64,000 bases of DNA from Schmidtea polychroa. Lineage: Eukaryota. Position 1 is the stretch's first letter; every line of letters begins with the position of its first letter. The DNA is taken from assembly GCA_044892525.1 (NCBI GenBank), contig CM097885.1, positions 5,458,001 through 5,522,000 of the forward strand, given 5' to 3'. The position numbers and the translations under genes were made by a program. A model generated the notes under the pieces. That model was not told where the DNA came from. It worked only from the letters and a program-made list of their open reading frames with translations, and ran no database searches. Positions 32,520 through 43,929 of the stretch are shown one piece after another.

Positions 32520-33261
32520 TAAAAGAAAATAATCATTAATATTAGATAGAGAATAAAAAATTATTCACTTATATAAGTTAAATTAAAAGTTTAAATGACA
32601 AACATTTGAAAAGTTACTGCTTATATATTACACATGATTAAATTCTGACCAATCAAAATCATGGAAGGGGTAGGAAAAATAAATGCATTACGTTGCAGTA
32701 TTTTAAAACTTCAATATATTTTAAAACACATTTTAATGCTAAAGTTGACTTATTCAACATTTTCATAATAATTTAATAAAAAAATAATGCGATGAACCCA
32801 CAAAGTAATATCATTTTTCATCAAATTGCAAAACAGTAATAACGTTTTCATAAAATTGTAACAAAGTAATAACATATTTCAGATAAATTTTCAACAGTTG
32901 TAAAATATTTAAGCAAATTGTAACAAGATTAGAAATTATTACAACAAAGTAGTAACATATTTCAGAAAATTTCAACAAAGTTGTAAAATATTTATCAAAT
33001 TGTAACTAAAATAATAAAAATATTGCAACAAAGTAATAAAATAATGATGTTAATTGGGACAAATCAATACATTATTTCGAAGACGGACAACAAATTAAAA
33101 AGAATATTGTAATAAATTGTGAAGTCTTTCAGTAAATTACAACAAAGTAATAACATATTTCGGAAATATTTCACCAGATGTAAAATATTTAAGCAAATTG
33201 TTATAAGATTATTAAAATATTGCAACAAAGTAATAAAATAATACAGCATTTTAAACTCTAG

Positions 33262-33880
33262 ATCAATCCATTTTATAGAAAATTAAATTTTATCTCTATA
33301 ATATATGAATAAATATACAAGGAAATTACGTTAACTGTATGAAAAATACAAATTTATCGTAAAAACATGTGTGTATTACACACAACATACGAGACATAAT
33401 TTTTAATCAAGCTATTTTATAGAAAATTAAATTTTATCTATATAATATATGAATAAATATCCAAGGAAATTACGTTAACTGTATGAAAAATACAAATTTA
33501 TCATAAAAACATGTGTGTATTACACACAAAACAAGATACATAATTTCTAATCAATCCATTTTATAGAAAATTAAATTTTATCTATAAAATATATGAATAA
33601 AATCCTAAGAAAATTACGTTAACTGTATGAAAAATTCAAATTTATCGTAAAAAAACATGTGTGTGTATTACACACAACATACGAGACATAATTTTTAATC
33701 AAGCTATTTTATAGAAAATTAAATTTTATCTATATAATATATGAATAAAAATCCAAGAAAATTACGTTAACCGCGCGAAAAATACAAATTTATCGTAAAA
33801 ACATGTGTGTATTACACACAAAGCGACAAACTAAAGTTTTAATTGCGCCATGTTGTAGAGAATTAAATTCTGCCTATACA
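33262..33880. repeat. ~146-bp tandem repeat, about 4.3 copies
   Basis: TTTATAGAAAATTAAATTTTATC...TTACGTTAAC...TGTGTGTATTACACACA recurs near 33272, 33416, 33560, 33708. Confidence 0.9.
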
Positions 33881-33933
33881 TGGTTACACTTAAATCTCGA
33901 TCAGACCTGTTAAAAGTGACAAAAAGAGTAAAA

Positions 33934-34089
33934 ACAGTAGAGTAGGGTAATGTGTGGAGTCGATGAGTCATATGTCTTTGTTTAAAAATACCCCCTCCCC
34001 CGGGGGGTATGACTCATATGTCTTTGTGACGTCATCGATGACGTCATATGTCTTTGTTCCCGACTCCACACATTACCCTACTCTACTGT
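33934..34089. repeat. 156-bp cassette with perfect 29-bp inverted repeats
   Basis: ACAGTAGAGTAGGGTAATGTGTGGAGTCG (33934-33962) and its reverse complement (34061-34089). Confidence 0.95.
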
Positions 34090-34873
34090 AGTAGATGGAT
34101 TGGGCACCGCCAGAACAGGACTCCGCTGGCACAGTACCCCCCCCCACCCCAGCCGGAAAAATTAAAAAAAAATTTTTTCAAGGTCAACTTGAGAACAAAG
34201 ACAATGAGTCATCCGATGACTCATCACTCGTCTAGAACAAAGACAATGACTCATCCGATGACTCATACAACAAAGACAATGACTCATAAAAAATTATTAT
34301 TATTTTTCAAAAATATTATTAACTGTGCCAGTGGAGTCCTACTTTTCGTCAACCCAAAACATAGTCTGAAACTTAAAATATTTAAACGATTTATAGTTCA
34401 TTTTGAAGCCCAGACGGAGACAAATCTTTTGAGCTATCGAAATAATTTTTATTATAATTATTATAAAAGTTATTAATTTTTTAGTCCGACACTGATTGAT
34501 GAAAAAATTATTATTATTTTTCAAAAATATTATTAACTGTGCCAGCGGAGTCCTACTTTTCGTTTGTTTAAATCGTTAATTATATAATAATTTTTTTTTG
34601 TTTTAATTATCAATTCCACAATAATTTCATTTTGTTTAAATCGTTGATTATATTTTTTTTGTTTTAATTATCGATTATGTTTGTTTAAATTATCGATTAT
34701 GTAATAATTTAATTTTGTTTAAATCGTTGATTATATTATTATTTTTTTTTTAATTATCGATTACGTTTGTTTACATTATCGATTATGTAATTATTTAATT
34801 TATCATTATTATTGGGAAAGAACGCCCGCGCGGAAGATTAAAATTATTATTATTATTTTCAAAGTCTTAATTA

Positions 34874-34993
<120 letters not shown>

Positions 34994-35138
34994 TATTGGG
35001 TATTGCTCGCAAGGGTACTGCCCAGAGTTTATCCGACAAAATATTTTCTCCCCCTATTGGTAATGCTCACAAGGGTACTGCTCACGCTCAACAAGTCACA
35101 AGGGTATTATTAAACAAATCAACAAAACATACATTTAT

Positions 35139-35639
35139 TTAAACAATAAAATAATGTAAAATTAACAAAGGTAAACTAAATATTGAGGTACTACTATTCG
35201 CAGCAATATTGTTAGAAATTGGTAACGTTGAATTGATTTTCAGATATTCTATTGATCCTTTGATTGTTTGAATTTCTCTTAATAATAATTCAATCTTTTT
35301 TAACAAATAATCATGCTTCTTATCAATAATTTTCATATTCTTTTTATTTTCAGCAATAGAGTTATTGAAAACCTCAATATGATCAATCAATTTAATTTTT
35401 ATATTTTGTATATATTCAAATGTTAGTTCATAACTGTTTTCTAAATTCTCCAATCTTTGAGATATTCTTTTTCCTGGATGCTTTGACCATTTTGGTTTAT
35501 CGAGAATATATGAAATATCCATCAAATTGGCTGTATTTGGACAAACACATATTGATTTATTAAAAGACTCCACTGTTATTGTTGTATTGTGTGAGCACAC
35601 ACTCGTTATAATAATTAGCAATATGAATATAGCTTTCAT
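35139..35639 (-). CDS. P4 copy of the 166-aa secreted/GPI coiled-coil protein
   Basis: 6 aa differences from 25732-26232. Confidence 0.75.
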   Translation of the reverse strand: MKAIFILLIIITSVCSHNTTITVESFNKSICVCPNTANLMDISYILDKPKWSKHPGKRISQRLENLENSYELTFEYIQNIKIKLIDHIEVFNNSIAENKKNMKIIDKKHDYLLKKIELLLREIQTIKGSIEYLKINSTLPISNNIAANSSTSIFSLPLLILHYFIV

Positions 35640-35744
35640 GGTGTATCAAATCAAAACCTTTCTTTTACATTTATAGTCTATCAACCAATCAAAATCATAC
35701 AGTATTAGTATAAATAAAACATCATATTTTAAATTATTGTAAAA

Positions 35745-36259
35745 ATGTCTCATTTTATGGAAAATCTTTTAAGAGAACTCGTCAACAAGAATATTATGGA
35801 AAGTCTAAGTTTCCTGGTCGATCGGACCGAAAAGATTATAGAAGGTAATCACATTGATTATGAGGACGTGCTCAATTCCGATTCCCTCGAAACGAAGAAA
35901 TTCTATTTTAATAGGATTTTTAACTGTCTATGCGACGAGGAGATGAAGTGGACCCGAATATTAGTAGGGTTCGCTTATATGAAGATCATAAAGGAAAGAA
36001 GTCTATGGGACTCTGAACATTATTATCAGTGGTCTCAAGAAGTAATACTTTTATAATCTATATTTTATTAATATTTATTTTCTAGATAATCAAGTCAAAG
36101 TTTCAGCCATGGATTGAAGCCAATGGCGGATGGGGCGTGCTGAATCGACTCGCCAGAAATGCAAAGGAATTAGATCAACAGAAAATCAAATTTAAAAACT
36201 ATTTAAAACTTGCAACAGGTGTTGCTATTTTGTATGTTTTATGTCGGTTTTTTAAATAA
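35745..36259 (+). CDS. P4 Bcl-2-like protein, 2 exons
   Basis: Intron 36042-36085; KWTRILVGF, WIEANGGW, hydrophobic tail. Confidence 0.85.
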
Positions 36260-37724
36260 AAATTAATATAGTTATTTTGCTTGATTTTTAAATAAAATTT
36301 TAAATAAATTTGTTGAGGTCTGTAAATTAAAAAGAAATTTAGGTTAATAAGTGAAGAGAAAAGACAAATAAAAGCGGGATCATGTACAGAATTGATAGTA
36401 AAGGAAAATGTGATGGAAGCAGTATTAGAAAATGCCAAAAGCAATTACGAAAGGCGAGAATCCGGAAATCCGAGAAAAATCAATAAAGGGAAAAATCATC
36501 GAAATCGAATGGGAAAAACGGGACAGGTATAGATTAGCTAATGGTCAACAAGATGATGGTTAGGGATTTATCAGAAAAGGGTTAGGAAGGGTCGAAAAAC
36601 ATTCAAACGTATGGAAACAGAAAACGTTAATTAATTAATTAATTGGCTAATGGAAAACCCGAGCTAATGGGAAACCCGAGCCAATGGAGAACCCGAGAGA
36701 TAAAGGAAACCCGAGCTGGGTAAACAAGAAGAAAGGCAAACAAAAGGAAGATTTGGGCCCATTAGCTTGACACAAAGATTAATGGGAAAAGAGTAAGGAG
36801 AAGATAGCGCGCGTAGGAAGACCGGTAGGGCCATTAATTATCTGGATTCGTTGCACCATTATGGGTGACAGCCGAAGCAAACACGTAGGAGAAAATGTCA
36901 AACGAAAGATTGGCTCGGCAATAACCATTTGTCATCCTGATTTCGAGGAGTATATAAGCAAAGGGAAAATCAGAGAAAATCGGCATTTTGCCTCAGCTAG
37001 GGTTCGAAGAATTAGACTGTAGGAAAAGTGGTAAACGAATTAGGGAAGTAGGGAAAAGAAGAAATAGAATTAAGAATACGGAAAGGAGAAAAGAGATCAA
37101 ACGAAACCGAAACCGAGGAAAACGAGAGTCAACAGAACTAAAGGATCAAAAGGTGAATATTGTTTGTTTGCAAAGCATCAACGCCGAGCAGAGAATCGTG
37201 TAAAACTTTGATTGTTAATTGTAGAGTGATAATAAATTGTGAACCTGTTGTTTCAATATACGTTGGGTCGTTCATTGTTTTAATTTAAAGAACACCAGGA
37301 GTCAGAGAGAACCGACTTGAAATAATCCAAAACCCAACATATATTCTGGTGAGCCCGACGTGATCGCAAGTCGGCGGAAAATTATTGAAAGTTAGTGAAA
37401 AAATTAATTGTTGAAAAAAAAATAGTACCGACGTGATCGAAAGTCGGCGGAAGGTTACTAAAGTTAGTGAAAAAGTTAATTATTGGAAAAGTACTAAAGA
37501 CGTGATTGGAAGTCGGAGGAAAATTATCTAAAGTAGTGGAAAATATTTTTTTGGAAAATAATACCGTCGTGATAGAAAGTCGGCAGAAAATTATTGCAAA
37601 AATATTTGGGAAAAGAGTACAGACGTGATCTCAGTCGGTGGAGAATAATTGGAAGTAGTTAAAAAAATGTATTGGAGAATAGTATTGACGACATAAATAT
37701 TGAAGGTCATTTTGGAAGATTGAA

Positions 37725-39188
37725 TTGATTAAAGAATTTGATTTAGGAAAAGTAAATTTAAATTATTATTTACCGTTTGAATTTTTGCCCAAAGTGAATC
37801 GATATAACCTCAGAAGTCAGAAACAAACCCAAATGGCTAGTTGCCAAAAATTACCAGTCAACCAATATGGAGGAGACCCTGTTGAGTTCGCTGATTTTAT
37901 GGACGATTACTATATGTATGCGTCAGCATATGGATGGTCAGAAGAGATAATGGTGCAAAGATTTCCGTTATATTTGAAAGGAACAGCCAAAGAAGTCTGG
38001 AAGCAAATAAATAAGAAAATATTTGAAAATGACTGGAATAAATTAAAAGATACGTTGGAAAGTAAATTTAGATGCCCTGATATTAAAAGGATGACGAAGA
38101 AAACATTTTTTCAAAGAATACAAGCATCAGATGAATCCATTAGTGAATATGGGTACACTTTGATTTCATTGGCGAGAAAGGCTTTCTCAATAAACTCTGT
38201 TAATGATGACATTAATGTTCATAATATTATTATCGATATATTTCTGAAGGGTATCAACAATGATTTGAAATCGATGGCTGCTATGTTACAATATGATGAT
38301 GTGTTTGATTTAATAAAGAAACTTTCAAGTGTTGAAAGAATGATGGATGATTTTAACAAGCTCAAAGATTATAAGGTCCAATGTTTCAAACAAAATTTTA
38401 GAAGTAGTGATTTCCCGTATCATCCGAATGTTTGTTATGGACACTCAAATATTTCTAATGATTTGAAGACTTTTGATATTGAAATTAATTCTTCCTCGTG
38501 TAATTATGAATCTAAAGATCACAGGAGTAATTTAATAGTTAACAAATATAATCCTGTTAGTGAATCGAAAGGTAGTGATATCTTTTCGGAAAATGATGAT
38601 CAAAAAAATTTGAATATTAAAGATAAGTGTCAGCTGTATAGTTGCAGTGTAAAAGATCAAGTTACTTACTTAAAGGGTTGTGTGAGAGAAGGCGAATGTA
38701 TATTTGATGATCATACTCAATTACTTTCAGAAATATCAACGGTCGAAACATTCAATGCGAATTCATCGATAGTTCAGACTAATGAAATATCTTATGAAAA
38801 AGTGTTGGTTTTGGAAAACATATCTCATTTGAATCTACCAAATTTCAAAAATAATTTGATGCAAAATACAAACAATAAAGATGAATACAATATGCTCAAA
38901 AAATGTGAACTAAATAATGATTCTATATTTATAAATTTGGGTATAATCTATGTCATTCTGAAATTGATATGGATCATTTATAAAAAAATAATACAACATT
39001 ATGCATTTACTGACTCAAGCATGAGGAATTATGCCTGTCTTCCATCATCTTTATATGTCACCGTAATATATTTAAATTGTGGAAATAAAATTGGATCCAA
39101 CGGGGAAATAAAAAAGAAAAAAAAACATTCAACATCTAACTTGGACAATATTCATCTTACCCACAAACATTCATTCAAACATACATAA
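37725..39188 (+). CDS. Retrotransposon Gag-like protein
   Basis: YGGDPVEF...YGW...YLKGTAKEVW...W..LK..L...F, QASDESISEY; no RT or integrase downstream. Confidence 0.8.
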   Translation: MIKEFDLGKVNLNYYLPFEFLPKVNRYNLRSQKQTQMASCQKLPVNQYGGDPVEFADFMDDYYMYASAYGWSEEIMVQRFPLYLKGTAKEVWKQINKKIFENDWNKLKDTLESKFRCPDIKRMTKKTFFQRIQASDESISEYGYTLISLARKAFSINSVNDDINVHNIIIDIFLKGINNDLKSMAAMLQYDDVFDLIKKLSSVERMMDDFNKLKDYKVQCFKQNFRSSDFPYHPNVCYGHSNISNDLKTFDIEINSSSCNYESKDHRSNLIVNKYNPVSESKGSDIFSENDDQKNLNIKDKCQLYSCSVKDQVTYLKGCVREGECIFDDHTQLLSEISTVETFNANSSIVQTNEISYEKVLVLENISHLNLPNFKNNLMQNTNNKDEYNMLKKCELNNDSIFINLGIIYVILKLIWIIYKKIIQHYAFTDSSMRNYACLPSSLYVTVIYLNCGNKIGSNGEIKKKKKHSTSNLDNIHLTHKHSFKHT

Positions 39189-39489
39189 AATAAAATAACG
39201 CATGTCTCTTCAAAAAAAAAAGGAAAGCCACTTGGGGATTGCTGTTGGGCGGTTCGGGATCTATTGGTCGCTGGTGGGGCCATCTGTGAATTGAGTTTTA
39301 TCTATAAACAAGAAGTATTAAAACACACGTTTTTGTTAGTCTCACTTTGTGTCGAATTTGAAGTGGAGGCAAGAGAATTCCAATTGATTGCGACATTTGA
39401 GGACGGTGGATTCTGAACCATTTGCTTAGGCGGGGTTCGATTTGGGCGGGAGGCAGTGAATGAGAAATAATATAGATAAAATTGATTAT

Positions 39490-40130
39490 TTTCATTACAG
39501 AATTTATCAATACAAAATTAAAATAAAGAGAATAGAAAAGTTGTCCTTTGGCATTTTTAAGATAAAAATATTCAAGTTTAGATAAATAATTTGGTACATG
39601 AACAGCAATACTCTTATCTACATCTTCATAGCAAAGTAGTCCACATTTATAATCTGATAAGATGCGTGCATCATTGACTACCTCGATGTTGGTCGATTCA
39701 GAAACGAAACCCAAATAAACATCATCAAATGGGAAATATTTCACAAACGGAATAGCGTGACTGATTTTGTTAAAGCTTCTCATTAACAATTATTGTTGAA
39801 CCGAAAACGTACAGTGGATAAACATCATTGAAATTTTGATCTTTCGACACATACCATCTGCTCCAATTCGATCTGTGAGGTGTGGCATTGGGATTCCGAT
39901 GCCCGGATATTGCTGATCTGTCAGAGAGGTCCAATGACAAATGATAAGGGTTTTTCAAATTGATAAAAACATCATCATCTATGAAGATAAATCTTTGCTG
40001 GCTTGTTGAGTTCAGACACAAATGAAGCCTCATCCGATGTATTTCCGCCATTAACTTTAATGTATTATTCAAATAAGTATCTTTGAAATTACTTGAGTCG
40101 TGTCGTTGCTATTTTCCAGCTCTAATTTAA
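39490..40130 (-). pseudogene. Beta-1,3-galactosyltransferase (GT31) fragment inside the LTR element
   Basis: FIDDDVFIN, P.R...RWYVS...YPLY..G, FPFDDVYLG; frameshifted. Confidence 0.8.
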
Positions 40131-40720
40131 TAATGAAAATACTGTACATTGAAATTCCCAATTTAATTAATTGTATCTTACTTTTATATTGTTTTTATTC
40201 ATTTGGCTGTTAACTAAAATTTTGACTTAGTCGAATTTTTCTATAATTAGGTCATAGAACTATTATCGACTAAAAAATAATTGAATTGTGTGATCATTTG
40301 ATCTCGATGGAAATGTTCTTTATTTATTCAGACAAGCTTTTAAATAGGTTTAGTCAAACAAATTAGCAACTATGGCAACAATAGAGAATTCTTATTCCAG
40401 TCCAAAAGAGATACAGAAATAAATACGACAGAGCTTTGGTGTTAGTTGTTTTGCTGGGCTGTAATCTCTAAATAAATATTTCTCAATCGATTGGCGAAGA
40501 AAAGTAACAGCATGCGTTAATGAAATGTGTCTGACTCATGGAATTTGATTCGTCAATTTTTAGTTTAAATTTTCTGCCCACAAGAATTTCTAGCACACAA
40601 TTAAATCTGTTTATCTCCATTTCTAGATTATTCATTGCCAATTGTTGCTATTTTTGGAATTCTTGGACATTTAATTAGCCAGTCTGATAAATCTGTTTAT
40701 CTCCATTTCCAAATTATTCG

Positions 40721-41324
40721 TTGCCAATTATTGCTATTTTTGGAATTCTTGGACATGTTATCATGATTTTGGTACATCTATTTGAACATAAAATGTCAAG
40801 ATTTTCCAGTTATTGTGTTACAATCTCTAGTACTCATGTTGTGATTTTAATAATGAATTCTCTGATGGACGATGTATACGGCGTCTTCCTCCAATGCAGT
40901 TTTATTCGATTCAGTTACGAAAATTCGTCATTTATCTTTGCTTTTTTGTATCATAACGATTCTGTTGTTCAATTCACCTCATCTGGAATTTTAGTCAAAC
41001 ACTGCGTAGAAATGTACATTGAAAAACAATACAATTGGTAAAGTTTCAGTTCTCACAAAGTATCATTCGCCTAAGTTGTGGAGAGCGAGAATTCAAAGAG
41101 CCAAATTATTGCCGGGAGACCTACAGAAAAATAATCTTGAAATGAATCGAATTTGCGGACATTTGGCTTTATATACGGTCTTCCTATTGTTCAGGTTTCC
41201 AATGGTTGTTGCGATGTGGATGCGTCATTACAACGGTTGTAATTTTTCTGCCAAAGTTTTATCTAGATTATTTTTATCAGTTAAAGTTGTTTCATATTCT
41301 TTAGATTTCTTATTATATGTTTAA
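40721..41324 (+). pseudogene. Decayed rhodopsin-family GPCR-like fragment inside the LTR element
   Basis: TM1-like IIAIFGILGHVIMILV, TM6-like VFLLFRFP, TM7-like SYSLDFLLY; frameshifted. Confidence 0.55.
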
Positions 41325-42746
41325 CTAATTTTCGTTGGAGATTTATTAAATATCTCGCTGCACCACTTTTACACTGTGAGACCATAAGTAAATCGTCTTG
41401 TTTATTTAGATTCGAAATTAATGAAGCATGACAGCCGTCAAAAGGTTTGAATGTAGAAAAAAAAATTATAATTTCAGTGATATCTACCCTACCCCAATCA
41501 GCATCCACGCCTTCAAACAGATATGTTCGTCAGTGCCCCGTCAAAAAAAAACCGTTTCATAGGCTTCCGATGTCAAAGTCACCACAGAAGATGAAACAAA
41601 AACTGAGTCCAGACAATAATTGTGAAGGGATAATCACATCAAAATGTGGATTTCGAGGACGAAAATTCTTTTTTAAGAGGGGAGATATGTTGAGGTCTGT
41701 AAATTAAAAAGAAATTTAGGTTAATAAGTGAAGAGAAAAGACAAATAAAAGCGGGATCATGCACAGAATTGATAGTAAAGGAAAATGTGATGGAAGCAGT
41801 ATTAGAAAATGCCAAAAGCAATTACGAAAGGCGAGAATCCGGAAATCCGAGAAAAATCAATAAAGGGAAAAATCATCGAAATCGAATGGGAAAAACGGGA
41901 CAGGTATAGATTAGCTAATGGTCAACAAGATGATGGTTAGGGATTTATCAGAAAAGGGTTAGGAAGGGTCGAAAAACATTCAAACGTATGGAAACAGAAA
42001 ACGTTAATTAATTAATTAATTGGCTAATGGAAAACCCGAGCTAATGGGAAACCCGAGCCAATGGAGAACCCGAGAGATAAAGGAAACCCGAGCTGGGTAA
42101 ACAAGAAGAAAGGCAAACAAAAGGAAGATTTGGGCCCATTAGCTTGACACAAAGATTAATGGGAAAAGAGTAAGGAGAAGATAGCGCGCGTAGGAAGACC
42201 GGTAGGGCCATTAATTATCTGGATTCGTTGGACCATTATGGGTGACAGCCAAAGCAAACACGTAGGAGAAAATGTCAAACGAAAGATTGGCTCGGCAATA
42301 ACCATTTGTCATCCTGATTTCGAGGAGTATATAAGCAAAGGGAAAATCAGAGAAAATCGGCATTTTGCCTCAGCTAGGGTTCGAAGAATTAGACTGTAGG
42401 AAAAGTGGTAAACGAATTAGGGAAGTAGGGAAAAGAAGAAATAGAATTAAGAATACGGAAAGGAGAAAAGAGATCAAACCAAACCGAAACCGAGGAAAAC
42501 GAGAGTCAACAGAACTAAAGGATCAAAAGGTGAATATTGTTTGTTTGCAAAGCATCAACGCCGAGCAGAGAATCGTGTAAAACTTTGATTGTTAATTGTA
42601 GAGTGATAATAAATTGTGAACCTGTTGTTTCAATATACGTTGGGTCGTTCATTGTTTTAATTTAAAGAACACCAGGAGTCAGAGAGAACCGACTTGAAAT
42701 AATCCAAAACCCAACAAATTTACAAACACTAATTAACTAAGATTTA

Positions 42747-43096
42747 TTAATTAACACATTCGCAGTCGTCATCTCCACATTTCATTATATTTTCAACGAC
42801 ATGATCAATACAATCATTTGTAATATTATCTTTAGATTCATCTTTAGGTTCCTCTATAGGTCCCTCTATAGGTTCATAGATTTCCTCTTGAGTTTCTTCC
42901 TCATCATCAAATCCTGTATCTTGACTCTCAACTAACCAGCCGATATTTAAGGCATTTGTAATAGATAATATGTCCTCAATTTTCACACCAGATATTTCTG
43001 CTAACTTTTCCAACAAAAAGTTGATTAAAAATTCTAAATAATAAATAATTCGGTAATTAATTAATCATGTTAACCTTTTTCCGCAGTCATTTTCAT
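42747..43096 (-). CDS. P4 copy of the small acidic accessory protein
   Basis: Near-identical to 24637-25022 with fewer acidic repeats; same intron. Confidence 0.7.
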
Positions 43097-43222
43097 CACT
43101 TTAAAACTATATTATAAGTTTGTTTATAGATTTTCTTTGTTAAATTTGCATGTCATTTGCATTTATGTTGCAATTAATAAAGAGAAAAACAAATCTGACT
43201 AATACATTTATTAAATATAACA

Positions 43223-43633
43223 TTAAAATATTTGTGAAAGTCTAGCAGACATAATTTTCCAAATAGGAGAATATACATCATTATTATCAACTTTATATCC
43301 CTGGATTGCAATTGTTATATACCAATTTTCATTTTCTTTGAAACTGATTTCATCAAAAGCATCATAAAATCTTGCATATCTATTGTTGAACCACGCATGT
43401 TGATTACACGACAGATTCGAATCTATCCGTTTAAAAACATCATCAATAGTTTTGACATCAATCATTGAAAGCGTGCCGGATAAGAATTGAAATTTAGTTG
43501 GAATTAGCTTGACTGGTGCAACCAATTTCATATTGATTTCTTCTATCAAAAAATACATTTTGTAGTTGTGGAACATTTGAACTGGTTGTACCATTTCTTT
43601 CGGTTTTTCGGTGCTTGAAATTTTCTTGGTCAT
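43223..43633 (-). CDS. P4 copy of the 136-aa accessory protein
   Basis: 5 aa differences from 24099-24509. Confidence 0.75.
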   Translation of the reverse strand: MTKKISSTEKPKEMVQPVQMFHNYKMYFLIEEINMKLVAPVKLIPTKFQFLSGTLSMIDVKTIDDVFKRIDSNLSCNQHAWFNNRYARFYDAFDEISFKENENWYITIAIQGYKVDNNDVYSPIWKIMSARLSQIF

Positions 43634-43929
43634 CGTGAATAATGAATAAATTGAAATGTTACAGGGTTTTTATACCTTTGACTCATGCCTATCAACCAAT
43701 CAGATTATAGCATGTCTTTGTTTAAATTGCATTCAAAATGCATTGATGTTGCATTGTCACATGTTTTGTTTTATGTTCTATTTACAGATTTATTATTTAT
43801 GTGTTTTAATAGTTATTCCGTTTTATAATTATTGTCTAATAAAAAACTGAATAACTACTAACAAATGTTAATAAAGATATTAAATATTACAACAATATTT
43901 AGATAATTATTAAATAAATTTATTAATAG

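Larger units (their letters stand above)
36311..42716 (+). mobile_element. Non-autonomous LTR retrotransposon (gag only)
   Basis: 1029-bp TG...CA LTRs 36311-37339 and 41688-42716 (4 differences seen); TSD AATT, empty site visible in P2 near 25050; PBS TGGTGAGCCCGACGTGAT (tRNA-Trp-like) 37347-37364; PPT 41675-41685. Confidence 0.95.

Noticed and set aside
36199..37203. Duplicated short ORFs 36199-36444/41639-41821 and 36988-37203/42365-42580
   Set aside because: They lie in or overlap the LTRs; duplication reflects LTR identity, with no recognisable motifs
37357..37695. CRISPR-like repeat/spacer appearance (also 10218-10355)
   Set aside because: Spacers are homologous to each other, there are no cas genes, and the context is eukaryotic
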